Assembly (NCBI GenBank): GCA_965367815.1
Contig: CBDUKN010000004.1
Coordinates: 32,001-96,000 of the forward strand
Source: an uncultured Thermoprotei archaeon
GTDB lineage: Archaea; Thermoproteota; Thermoprotei; Thermofilales; B15-G2
DNA: 64,000 nt
Direction: 5' to 3'
Every line of letters begins with the position of its first letter. The first letter of the stretch is position 1. The notes under the pieces were generated by a model that was not told the origin of the DNA, made no database searches, and worked only from the letters and a program-made list of their open reading frames with translations. This document shows positions 48,438 through 57,588 of this stretch, in pieces. Made by a program: the position numbers and the translations under genes.

Positions 48438-48942
48438 TTACGGCTTTCTCTCTGCAGAAACACAGTAGCAGTAGCGCCCTATTAACAGGTGAATTGGATG
48501 TAAAAAGCCTTCACGGCTACGCTTAAACCTGATGTAATCTAATTCGACTTCATCTACTTCATATTCGTAGGCAATATTTGTAGCTAGTCCCCTAAGATAC
48601 TTCCTTACTTCAGGATTGTTAGGACACAGGGCCCTTGGATGAGGAGTTCCCCTAAAATCTATTAGCCTACACTCAGGATTCTGCTCAGCGTATATTGGAT
48701 CTACTACACAGACCATATTTAGCTTATAATTGTTTTCTTTTTGTTCCACCAATATAGGAATCTGTATGGTACTCCCATTAAGCTTTCCTCTACGACAACA
48801 ATTACTGTGCTATTAATCTATGAACCGAGCACTCTACCATTCACCTTAAACTCCTTTGGTAGCCTATACTCAAGTCACTCATCGTCTTCTAAAGTAAGAA
48901 CTCAAGCCCTGCATAGATACCTAAATTAACATCAAGATTCAT
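48438..48942 (-). pseudogene. Decayed glycoside-hydrolase-like (GHL10/DUF187-type TIM barrel) gene fragment
   Basis: LCPNNPEVR.Y....A..Y.VD...LDY.RF...CYC; upstream part interrupted by stops; truncated C-terminus. Confidence 0.65.
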
Positions 48943-49067
48943 CGCCGCCCTCTAGCCCACTCCTATCGCTCTGAAAGAAGTAGTTGTGGAGAGCTATAAG
49001 GGAGGAGAATTTTGTTTTAATTGAGTCATGGAAACTAATATACTGTATGGCTATTTATGCAAACAGC

Positions 49068-49075
49068 TTATATAT
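49068..49075 (+). promoter_or_regulatory. TATA box upstream of the tnpB leader
   Basis: AAACAGC-TTATATAT about 25-30 nt before the GC-rich leader starts. Confidence 0.55.
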
Positions 49076-49097
49076 CTCTGAAACAACTATTACTTTA

Positions 49098-49206
49098 GAT
49101 GACCCACTCTACCTCTAGGGTAGAGTAGCGATGAGGCGAGAGCCCTATGGCTCAGTGAGCCCCACCCCAGGCCCACAGCTATCTAAGTGAACGACGGGGG
49201 TGTCTT
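49098..49206 (+). ncRNA. Structured 5' leader RNA of tnpB with canonical K-turn
   Basis: Hairpin ACTCTACC/GGTAGAGT 49106-49126; K-turn GGC-GA-GAGCC-ctat-GGCTC-AGT-GA-GCC 49135-49161. Confidence 0.6.
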
Positions 49207-50628
49207 ATGGGGCGGGAGGAGTTTGTTAAGATAATTAGGTCTAATGTTTTGAGAATAGAGGTAGATGAGAAAACAGAGAAGTTATTGAAGTGTCTTCAGA
49301 GAGAGTTTAGAAAGTATTTTAGGCTAGCGAATAGGTTTGTTAAACAGTATTATCAGAAAAACAGTAGGCTTCCTAGCGCAGCAAATGTTTACAGGCTTCT
49401 CAGGGAATATGGTGTATCTAGTACTGCTGCAAACGAGGTTTCGAAAAAGGTTCTGAAGCTTAGGAAAGCTACATTGAGCTTGAGAAAAGAGGGTTTAAGG
49501 CTAAGCCACCGGAGTTCAGGAATCCGCTTATAATTCTTCATAATCAGCAATATAGGGTTTATGTTGTAAAAGAAAGAGACGAGTGGATCGCTGAGAAAAT
49601 TGAAGTAAGGTTAAGTAGGAAGTGGGTTGAAGTAAGGGTTAGAGGTAAGTTACGGTAGGTTCCGAGGCTTGAGGAAGGACTAGTCTTCTATCTAATGGGA
49701 GGACTAAAGCATCCTATTATAGAGCTAAGACACCTGTTTACTGAAGACTACTTGATTTTAGGAGAAAAATGTCTTAGTAAGAATAAGGCAGAGGTTTTCC
49801 AACGAAACGGTAAATGATATTTTGCTTTTTCAGCGAAATTAAAGATTCCAGTGCTTCAGGGAAAGGGTGTAGCTGCTATAGACATTGGTGCACGAAATCT
49901 TATTGCTTTAATTGGAGTTGATAGTGAAGGCAACACTTTTTCACTATTGTTTAAGAGTGGTACTCCTAGAGCCTATTGGCTTAAGTGCGGGAAGCTTGCT
50001 AGACGGAGACAAAAAATCGCTTACAAGTATTTCTGGGATGCAACGGAGCACTCTGAAAACAATGATGAGGAGAAGGAGAAAGAGTTTTTCAGTAAATATG
50101 AATTGTATTTGAGGAAAGCTGGACGGTTTAAGAGGAAGGCTAGGGAGGTGAGGAAGAAGGCTGTAAATAGTATGTGTCGATTGATTGCAGAGTTTCTTGT
50201 AGAGAAAGGTGTTTCAACTATTTATGTAGGAAATTCAGTATGCTACTGTGTCTGTGGAGAAGACTTGGTTGAAGAGATCACTTCAAAGCCTGCTAGAGAG
50301 CTTTTAAGAAACTTTTTTGCTCCCCCTCAAATCATCAATTCTTTGAGAAGACACTGTGAGGTTAAAGGTATTCAAGTGGTTGAAGTAAGTGAGCGTGGTT
50401 CTTCGTCTCGGTGCCCGATATGTGGTCAAAGTGTTCAGCGAGTGTATAGAGGCTTAATTGTCTGCAAAGACCGTGGAAGCTTTAATGCGGACTTAGCGGC
50501 AGCCTACAATATTTTACGGAAAAATAATAGTGTAAAGCTTAGTGATAATGTCTTAAAAATTAGTTAATTACCCTAAGATATACATTTACTTAATTAAGGA
50601 ACAGAAATGGTTTGAGAAAAGTATTTAA
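49207..50628 (+). pseudogene. tnpB: TnpB (RNA-guided RuvC endonuclease) pseudogene
   Basis: AIDIG..NL, IYVG, VSERGSS.RCPICG, C, NADLAAAYNIL; frameshift near 49500, TAG 49656, TGA 49815, probable second frameshift near 50560. Confidence 0.88.
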
Positions 50629-50656
50629 ATAAACTAAAATAAATTAAATTAGTTTC

Positions 50657-50770
50657 TTTACCCCCGATAGAGAGACACCCCCCGCGGCTAGCCCCACATA
50701 GGGGGTAACCCGCCTGACCCTCCAGGTCGCAATGAAAGGCCAGCCTAGAGCCGAAAGAGGGGTCTAGAGA
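50657..50770 (+). ncRNA. Putative omegaRNA/reRNA (3' structured RNA of tnpB)
   Basis: TTACCCCC/GGGGGTAA stem 50658-50708, GCCT-GACC/GGTC-AGGC stem, terminal CTAGA...TCTAG hairpin; position typical of TnpB guides. Confidence 0.6.
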
Positions 50771-50830
50771 CAAGTATACATAGACTTTTGCGTAAAAGTA
50801 TTAAAGGAGTAGATATAGTGTATAAAGGCT

Positions 50831-51088
50831 ATGAAGGGGACAATAGTCTCCTTCAGATTAGGTCTACGAAGACAGTACCCTAATCAAGTTATCCTAGAAA
50901 TAGAAGGAATAAAAAGCTTCAGAGAGGCCAGCAAACTCATAGGGAGAAAGGTTGTTGTAGTGGTGGGTAAAGGTAAAAGAGTTATGGGGAAAATAACTAA
51001 GGTTCATGGCAAAAAAGGAAGAGTAGTTGCTCGCTTTAGAAAACCTTTACCAGGACAGGTTCTTGGAACACCCGTCGAAATACTTTAA
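50831..51088 (+). CDS. rpl35ae: 50S ribosomal protein L35Ae
   Basis: G.I.S.R.G...Q...Q, A.KLIGRKV, GKI...HG..G.V.ARF...LPGQ.LG. Confidence 0.94.
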   Translation: MKGTIVSFRLGLRRQYPNQVILEIEGIKSFREASKLIGRKVVVVVGKGKRVMGKITKVHGKKGRVVARFRKPLPGQVLGTPVEIL

Positions 51089-51139
51089 CTTTCGGAGGGA
51101 TAGCAATATATAGTTTTATTTGAGTAAAGCATTAGAAGT

Positions 51140-52921
51140 ATGAAATACTCTATTTTGGCTGAGTTTTACGAGAAAATAGAGAAGACTACTAAACGTACTG
51201 CGATGACAACTTACTTAGTAGAGTTATTTAAGAAGACTCCGCCTGAAGTAATAGACAAAGTAGTTTATCTTACTCAAGGAAAACTTTACCCTGATTTCGT
51301 GGGAGTTGAATTGGGTGTTGCCGAAAAGCTTGCGATGAGAGCTTTATCAATAGTATCGGGTGCATCTATTAAAGAAATTGAAGCGATTTACAAAAAGGAA
51401 GGCGACATAGGGCTTACAGCTGAACGTGTGCTCGCTAGGAAGAAAACAGCATCTATTCTCGATTATTTTGGAGTCACGCAAACACAAAGAGAGCTCACAG
51501 TAGACAGAGTATACTCAACTTTAGATAGAATAGCTAAGGCTAAGGGAGAAGGGTCACAAGACGTGAAAATAAACCTTTTGGCGAGTCTTCTTCGCGATGC
51601 TTCTCCTAAGGAGGCCAAATACCTTTTAAGAACTATTACTGGAAGACTTCGTTTAGGAATAGCAGACATGACAATATTAGATGCCTTAGCTATAACATTC
51701 ACAGGCTCTAAGGCGAACAGAGACATTATTGAGAGAGCATACAATGTTCGTCCAGACTTAGGCTACATAGCCAAGGTATTGGCTACAGAAGGGCTTGAAG
51801 GGGTAAAGAGAATAAAGATAACAATAGGAATACCGGTTCAGCCAATGCTCGCTGAAAGACTAAGCAACCCAGTAGAGATTTTAGAAAAACTTGGAGGTGA
51901 GTGTATAGCTGAGTACAAGTATGATGGCGAGAGAATACAGGCCCATAAAAAGGGCGATGAAGTAGTCTTGTTTAGTAGAAGGCTTGAGAATATTACGCAT
52001 CATTATCCAGATGCATGTGAACTTATTAGAAAACATATAAAAGCTAAAGAAGCTATTATTGAAGGAGAATGTGTTGCTATAAATCCTGTTTCAGGTGAAA
52101 TGCTGCCTTTCCAGGAACTCATGCATAGAAGACGAAAGTATGATATAGAGGAGGCTATGAAGAAGTATCCGATTGCACTGTTTCTCTTCGACTGTCTCTA
52201 CGTAGATGGAGAGGACTTAACATTAAAGCCTTATCCTGTGAGACGAGAATTTTTGAAGAAAATAGTTGAAGAAGGAGAAAAAATAAAGCTAGCTATCTCG
52301 AAGCATATCAAGAGTCCTAAAGAGCTAGAAGAGTTCTTTGAAGAAGCCATATCCGAAGGCTGCGAAGGAATTATGTGTAAGTCTCTCAAAGACGACTCTA
52401 TTTACCAGATGGGAGCTAGAGGCTGGCTTTGGATTAAGTTCAAGAGAGACTATCGTTGTGAAATGACAGATACCGTAGATTTAGTAGTTGTTGGAGCATT
52501 TTACGGTAAAGGAAAAAGAGCAGGAACGTATGGAGCACTGCTCATGGCCGCTTATGATCCTTCGGCAGATATGTTCAGAACAGTCTGTAAAGTAGGTAGC
52601 GGTTTTACAGACGAAGATTTAGAAAAACTACCCGAGATACTTGACCCATATAAAATACCTCATAAGCATCCCAGAGTAGATTCTAAAATAGAGGCCGATG
52701 TATGGTTCGTACCTGCAGTCGTACTGGAAATAATGGGTGCTGAAATAACTTTAAGTCCACTACATACGTGCGCTTATGGAGTTATTAAAAGTAGCGCAGG
52801 CTTAGCTATAAGATTCCCTAGATTTACTGGCAGGTATCGATTTGATAAAAAGCCTGAGCAAGCTACTACTGTTGACGAGCTAGTAGAAATGTACAGAGCG
52901 CAGCGCAAGACAGCAGCCTAA
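51140..52921 (+). CDS. lig: ATP-dependent DNA ligase
   Basis: EYKYDGER.Q.H, EGE, FD.LY, EG.M.K, W.K.K.DY, D.VDLVV.G, IRFPRF. Confidence 0.98.
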   Translation: MKYSILAEFYEKIEKTTKRTAMTTYLVELFKKTPPEVIDKVVYLTQGKLYPDFVGVELGVAEKLAMRALSIVSGASIKEIEAIYKKEGDIGLTAERVLARKKTASILDYFGVTQTQRELTVDRVYSTLDRIAKAKGEGSQDVKINLLASLLRDASPKEAKYLLRTITGRLRLGIADMTILDALAITFTGSKANRDIIERAYNVRPDLGYIAKVLATEGLEGVKRIKITIGIPVQPMLAERLSNPVEILEKLGGECIAEYKYDGERIQAHKKGDEVVLFSRRLENITHHYPDACELIRKHIKAKEAIIEGECVAINPVSGEMLPFQELMHRRRKYDIEEAMKKYPIALFLFDCLYVDGEDLTLKPYPVRREFLKKIVEEGEKIKLAISKHIKSPKELEEFFEEAISEGCEGIMCKSLKDDSIYQMGARGWLWIKFKRDYRCEMTDTVDLVVVGAFYGKGKRAGTYGALLMAAYDPSADMFRTVCKVGSGFTDEDLEKLPEILDPYKIPHKHPRVDSKIEADVWFVPAVVLEIMGAEITLSPLHTCAYGVIKSSAGLAIRFPRFTGRYRFDKKPEQATTVDELVEMYRAQRKTAA

Positions 52922-53457
52922 GTGTAACTTTTTTCCTTAGCTAACTTTTCTAAAGTCCACTTGAAAGTATTTCTTATTTCTCTTAAACGAGAATCGGTTC
53001 TGTAGTTGTAAACAATTACTTTCTTCACTAAGCCTTCTTCATCTTTTTCAATTTCGTATCTCAACACTTCATCGACAGTGAGGTCTCCTCTATCTAGAGC
53101 TTCTTCATCTTCTTTTTGCATGCCTCCAAGAATTCTTTTTATGAAGAATGTTGAGAAAGGAATATCTGTGGATTTAAATGGAACATAAGGCAGTAACTCA
53201 ACTTTATCCTTATAGATAGTTATTCTCCCTAATTCTCTTCCTTTTTTATCTCTAATAAAGTATTCTCTTAATGGCTTTTCTTCAACGCTTACTTTTGTTT
53301 TTATTAAATCAGCAGCAGATTTGAAACTTTTTTCGCTTAATGTTCTATCTATTAATTTTAATATTAACTGAAATAGCTCTAGTTCAGTCTTAAGTTCTTC
53401 TATTCTTTTCTCTATAATTTTTCTGATTTCAACTAGCTGCTTTATTTCCTCATCCAC
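52918..53457 (-). CDS. Hypothetical protein with N-terminal coiled coil and SFxxA motif
   Basis: Intact ORF convergent with lig; SFKSAADL; PF..FF..RIL..M, RLREI....KWTLEK. Confidence 0.7.
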   Translation of the reverse strand: MDEEIKQLVEIRKIIEKRIEELKTELELFQLILKLIDRTLSEKSFKSAADLIKTKVSVEEKPLREYFIRDKKGRELGRITIYKDKVELLPYVPFKSTDIPFSTFFIKRILGGMQKEDEEALDRGDLTVDEVLRYEIEKDEEGLVKKVIVYNYRTDSRLREIRNTFKWTLEKLAKEKSYT

Positions 53458-53513
53458 TTTCTCATATAATGTTAGGCAAATACATATTTAAGGTAATTGG
53501 CTTTTCATTTGTT

Positions 53514-54167
53514 GTGATAAAGTGTGTCATATTTGATTTCGATCAAACTCTGGTAGATACTCTTGGTAGATTTTATAAAGTATATAATAGTACTCTTAAA
53601 TTATTTGGATTGAATGAAATTTCTTGGAAGGACTTTATAAAAAGCTACGCTGAAGATACTTTAGATGAATACGTTCCTGCAGAACTGAGAGAGAAGTTTT
53701 GGAGAATATTTTTAGAGAAATATGGTGATTTTTTAGGCGAAATTAAACCTATTGAGGGATCTGAGTATTGTTTAAAGTATCTCAAGGCAGTGGGATTAAC
53801 AGTAGTAGTCACTACAGGTAGAAGAGCCCCTAATTCAGAGCTTATATTCGAGCTTGTGAGGGCAGGATTTATACACTATGTAGACTATGTTTTCACAGCT
53901 GAAGGTATAATGTTCAAGAATCATGTCTTTAATAAAGTTTGTTTATTGAAAAAAGTTTTAAATGAATTGATGCTTAATGTAGATGATGTTCTATTTGTAG
54001 CCGACTACAGGGCAGATGTTCTGGCTGCAAGAAAACTTGGTGTAGCTATAGTTGCGGTTGAAACAGGACTAGAAGATCCTCGCCTACTTAAAGAACTTGG
54101 AGCACTTGCTGTTCTGCCTTCAGTAAAAGAACTACCTCCCCTTTTAGAAGCTTCAAAACTTATTTAA
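53514..54167 (+). CDS. HAD-superfamily hydrolase
   Basis: IFDFDQTLVDT, VTTGR, K, AD...D..AA...G; GTG start 53514 preferred. Confidence 0.88.
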   Translation: MIKCVIFDFDQTLVDTLGRFYKVYNSTLKLFGLNEISWKDFIKSYAEDTLDEYVPAELREKFWRIFLEKYGDFLGEIKPIEGSEYCLKYLKAVGLTVVVTTGRRAPNSELIFELVRAGFIHYVDYVFTAEGIMFKNHVFNKVCLLKKVLNELMLNVDDVLFVADYRADVLAARKLGVAIVAVETGLEDPRLLKELGALAVLPSVKELPPLLEASKLI

Positions 54168-54189
54168 TACTTAGTTCGGTAATTTTAAT

Positions 54190-55113
54190 GTGATATTGAG
54201 CATAGGTAATGCTAATCTGGACTATTTCTTTGTGGTTGATCGTATGCCTAAGGGAGATGAAGAAGTAGAGGCGCTGGATTTTTATGTAGAGCCGGGTGGG
54301 TCGGCGTCGAACTTTGCTGTTGCAGTAGCTAAACTAGGCGAAAAAGCGGGTATTTTATGTTGCGTAGGAGACGATAATGCGGGAGAGTTCTTGATAAGAA
54401 GCTTTGAAAGAGAAAATGTAGATACATCACTTATTAGGGTGCTAGAGGGAGTTAATACAGGTAGAGTGTTTGTAATTCTTGCTAAAGGAGAAAAATACAT
54501 GATAGCGTTTCGTGGCGCTAACAGATATTTATCTGCAGATATAATTACTGAAGAAAAATTAAGTAGTGTAACACACGTTCATGTCAGTGGAGGACGTATA
54601 GAAGTGGCTGAAAAAGCATTTAGAGTAGCAAAAGAAGCCGTTAATGCAGCAACATCGTATGACCCCGGAAGCGTTAATGCGAAAAAAGGACTGAGTTGTT
54701 TAGAGAGAGTGATTTCATTAACGGATATACTTTTTCTTAATACTCATGAGCTAAAATACTTGCTTAAAGGGAATGATCTAGGCAAGCTTTTTAGCATTAA
54801 TCCTGAGATAATTATAGTCATTAAAAGGGGGTCTAAAGGGTCTGAAGTAGTGACGTCCACGGGGTCTGAGTCTGCTGCAGCATTTAAAGTACAGGTCGTA
54901 GATGTAACGGGAGCTGGAGATGCTTTTGATGCAGGATTTTTAGTAGGATATAGAAGAAATCTTCGCCTGAAGGAATGCTTGATATTTGCAAACGCTGTGG
55001 CGGGAATAAAGGTTACTAGAAGAGGTGCTAGAAGCAGTCCTACTCTCTCTGAAGTAGTAGAGTTTTTAAGAGAGAAAGGACTATCACACTTAGCTGAAAA
55101 GGTGAGAACTTGA
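54190..55113 (+). CDS. PfkB/ribokinase-family carbohydrate or nucleoside kinase
   Basis: PGGSA.N.A...AKLG, VGDD..G, K.G..G, D.TGAGDAF. Confidence 0.93.
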   Translation: MILSIGNANLDYFFVVDRMPKGDEEVEALDFYVEPGGSASNFAVAVAKLGEKAGILCCVGDDNAGEFLIRSFERENVDTSLIRVLEGVNTGRVFVILAKGEKYMIAFRGANRYLSADIITEEKLSSVTHVHVSGGRIEVAEKAFRVAKEAVNAATSYDPGSVNAKKGLSCLERVISLTDILFLNTHELKYLLKGNDLGKLFSINPEIIIVIKRGSKGSEVVTSTGSESAAAFKVQVVDVTGAGDAFDAGFLVGYRRNLRLKECLIFANAVAGIKVTRRGARSSPTLSEVVEFLREKGLSHLAEKVRT

Positions 55114-56009
55114 ATAAGATAATAGTCTCGGGCTCCTCTGCTAGAGCACTAGCACTCAAAGTATCTAAGCTAAGTGGAGTAGATTACGTTGAAGTTCAGA
55201 CAAAGAAGTTTCCTGACAACGAGAAGTATGTGAGAATATTAGGCGACGTCGAGGGGAAAACTGTTTTTGTTATTCAAAGCATGGGCAGGGCTCCTGATGA
55301 ATATCTGCTAGAGTACTTCTTGTTGGTAGATGCTTTAAAAGACTTAGGAGCTAAGAAAGTTATAGGCTTAATACCTTATTTCGCTTATGCGAGACAAGAT
55401 CAGAGATTTAAGCCAGGGGAAGCACTTAGTATAAAGACAGTGAGCCGGCTCATTGAGTTTGTCGGCACAGATAAACTATATACTATAGACTGCCACAGAC
55501 ATCGTGTAAAAGAAGCAGAATTCAGAGAACTGGTCAAAATACCTGTTGTAGATTTATCGGCAATGCCTCTTCTCGCGGAATATATCAAAAAGAATTATGA
55601 ACTGGAAAATCCAATAGTTATGGGCCCGGATGCAGAGGCTATTGGGTGGGCGCGAAAAGCTGCCGAAGTGTTTAACTGCGAGTATGATGTACTAGAGAAG
55701 AAGAGAATAAGCGAGAGAGAAGTAGAAATAAAGCCCCGTAAACTCGATGTAAACGGAAGAGATGTAGTCATAGTAGACGATATAATAAGCACTGGTGGAA
55801 CCATGGTTGAGGCGATAAAGGTTATAAAGAAAGAAGGTGCTAGAAAAGTAATTGTTGCGTGCACGCACCCTATATTAGTAGAAGACGCGCTAGCTAAAAT
55901 ATACGCCACAGGAGTATTTGATGTGATAGGTACAGACACCGTACCTAGCCCAATTAGCGTGGTTTCTGTTGCTCCATTACTCGCTGAAGTTGTTAAGTCA
56001 GAACAATAA
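55110..56009 (+). CDS. prs: Ribose-phosphate pyrophosphokinase
   Basis: FPD.E.YVR, PYFAYARQD, VDDIISTGGT, CTHP. Confidence 0.96.
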   Translation: MNKIIVSGSSARALALKVSKLSGVDYVEVQTKKFPDNEKYVRILGDVEGKTVFVIQSMGRAPDEYLLEYFLLVDALKDLGAKKVIGLIPYFAYARQDQRFKPGEALSIKTVSRLIEFVGTDKLYTIDCHRHRVKEAEFRELVKIPVVDLSAMPLLAEYIKKNYELENPIVMGPDAEAIGWARKAAEVFNCEYDVLEKKRISEREVEIKPRKLDVNGRDVVIVDDIISTGGTMVEAIKVIKKEGARKVIVACTHPILVEDALAKIYATGVFDVIGTDTVPSPISVVSVAPLLAEVVKSEQ

Positions 56010-56033
56010 ATTTCATGAGGCAGGTGAGTTTAT

Positions 56034-56351
56034 GTGAGAAAATGTACTCCTCTATGCCCGCACTTTAGATGTCAAAGAAATGCCCTAACTTTCCGGAAAA
56101 GCCCTAGAGGAAGAACTATTGCATGGTGTACTTTTGCTGACGACTTATGTCAAGGCTATAGGTGTATGTTTGCCCAGTGCTCAGTGCATGCTCTTAATCC
56201 GAGCACTGGCGAATGCTTGATAACTCTCCGCTCTAAGAAGAGAAAAGCCGAGAAGTCTATAGAGGAAGAAGCCCGATTATTAGATGAAGAATACATGCGT
56301 ATTAAAGATAAGCTCAAGCGACTCGGAGGAAGGCTCGAGGACATAGAGTGA
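56034..56351 (+). CDS. Cys-rich small protein (8 Cys) with C-terminal helix
   Basis: C.P.CP.FRC...WC....D.C.GY.C.FA.C..HAL....G.C; SD AGGTGA. Confidence 0.7.
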   Translation: MRKCTPLCPHFRCQRNALTFRKSPRGRTIAWCTFADDLCQGYRCMFAQCSVHALNPSTGECLITLRSKKRKAEKSIEEEARLLDEEYMRIKDKLKRLGGRLEDIE

Positions 56352-56355
56352 TAAA

Positions 56356-57588
56356 TTGAGATTTTCGTTCAGAGAATACATTTTTCTAAAAGAGAGTATT
56401 CTGCGGAAATTAGAAAGTAAGCTTTCCAGAGAGTCAAAAAATAAAGCTAGGAGCGATTGGCACGCCAAACGTAAGCCAAGGCCTTGCGGTATGACTATTC
56501 ATCCAGCGCTGGGCTGCAGTAACAGATGCCTATACTGCTACATTCAAGACATGGGATTTGATTTCACTGAATCTAGACCCTATGCTCTAAGTGGAGATGA
56601 ACTTGTCTATGCTCTACTCTCGAATAAGTATTTTGTGCCCGGGCCCTATGGTACATATCTAGCTTTCGGAAGTGTAACAGAGCCTTTTTTAAGCAAGGAA
56701 ATAACGAGTAAAACTATAGACTATTTACTATCCGCAGCCAGGCTTCTCGGCAACCCTATGCAGATCTCGACAAAAAGCAATGTATCTTCTGAAGTAGTGT
56801 CGAACATTAAGCGAGCAATTAAAGGAGCTTCGCTGAGTGTTTTAGTAACTGTACTGACCTTAAATGAAGAAAAAAGTAAAATTATTGAGCCCAGAGTTCC
56901 CTCTCCTGAAAAGAGACTTGAAACAATAAAGTTTTTTGCAAAAGAGGGATTTACGGTGTTTGTTTTCTATAGACCAATCATACCCAGTTTTCTCTCTACT
57001 GATGACTTTGAAGACGTTGTAAGTGAGGCTAAAAGATACGGAGCAGCAGGAGTAGTTATTGGAGGGCTGAGAATAACGCCGAATATAGTTAGCAGGTTAA
57101 GTAAAGCTGGAATAAATGTGTCTGAAATATTGCGAAGAGCTAAAGAGAAGCCTACTGCTACTAAACAAGTTTCTGTAAACGTAAGTGATTATAAAAAAGA
57201 GTTTTTGGTTATAGCAAAAGAAAAAGGTTTGTATTCACTTAAATCGGCTTGCTGTGCAAATACTATCAGTTATCTCCTTCAGAAGCACGAAATTATTCCT
57301 TGTGCGGGGCTCTGCTATGCAACAGGTATGTGCGCTGACTGCGGTATACAGTGCTACAAAATGGTTCCAGAAGTACTTGAAGAAGATATCGTATATGCTT
57401 TAAATAACTTGATAAAACTGAATTACAAGCCTGAGATTTTGGTGAAAAAATATAGTATTGGAATTTACTTAGATAAGAGAAGCTTGAGACGGGCCAAGAA
57501 AGAAGATATAACTAAGGTCATGAATGTTATTTACCGTAGAAAAGTAGTGCTAAAGCTTAAATCCGCACTTAACACAAACTTTAGCTAA
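56356..57588 (+). CDS. Radical SAM protein (SPL/COG1533-like)
   Basis: RPRPCG-like N-terminus, GCSNRCLYCY, GSVTEPF, Q.STK, C-terminal Cys cluster. Confidence 0.85.
   Translation: MRFSFREYIFLKESILRKLESKLSRESKNKARSDWHAKRKPRPCGMTIHPALGCSNRCLYCYIQDMGFDFTESRPYALSGDELVYALLSNKYFVPGPYGTYLAFGSVTEPFLSKEITSKTIDYLLSAARLLGNPMQISTKSNVSSEVVSNIKRAIKGASLSVLVTVLTLNEEKSKIIEPRVPSPEKRLETIKFFAKEGFTVFVFYRPIIPSFLSTDDFEDVVSEAKRYGAAGVVIGGLRITPNIVSRLSKAGINVSEILRRAKEKPTATKQVSVNVSDYKKEFLVIAKEKGLYSLKSACCANTISYLLQKHEIIPCAGLCYATGMCADCGIQCYKMVPEVLEEDIVYALNNLIKLNYKPEILVKKYSIGIYLDKRSLRRAKKEDITKVMNVIYRRKVVLKLKSALNTNFS

Larger units (their letters stand above)
49098..50770 (+). mobile_element. Decayed IS200/IS605-family (IS1341-like, tnpB-only) element; exact ends uncertain
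   Basis: tnpB pseudogene flanked by GC-rich hairpin regions in AT-rich context; no tnpA nearby. Confidence 0.75.

Noticed and set aside
49128-49190. GCGATGA...GTGA in the tnpB leader as a C/D sRNA, or the region as RNase P or SRP RNA
   Set aside because: No terminal CTGA at proper spacing and no RNase P or SRP conserved motifs.
49656-49817. In-frame TAG and TGA in tnpB as pyrrolysine or selenocysteine recoding
   Set aside because: Both sit at likely Trp codons and co-occur with frameshifts, which fits ordinary pseudogenisation.
49101-50764. Outer pairing GACCCACTCT (49101-49110) with AGAGGGGTC (50756-50764) as a terminal stem or inverted repeat
   Set aside because: Needs a bulge and competes with stronger local hairpins at both ends; only 5 bp remain compatible.
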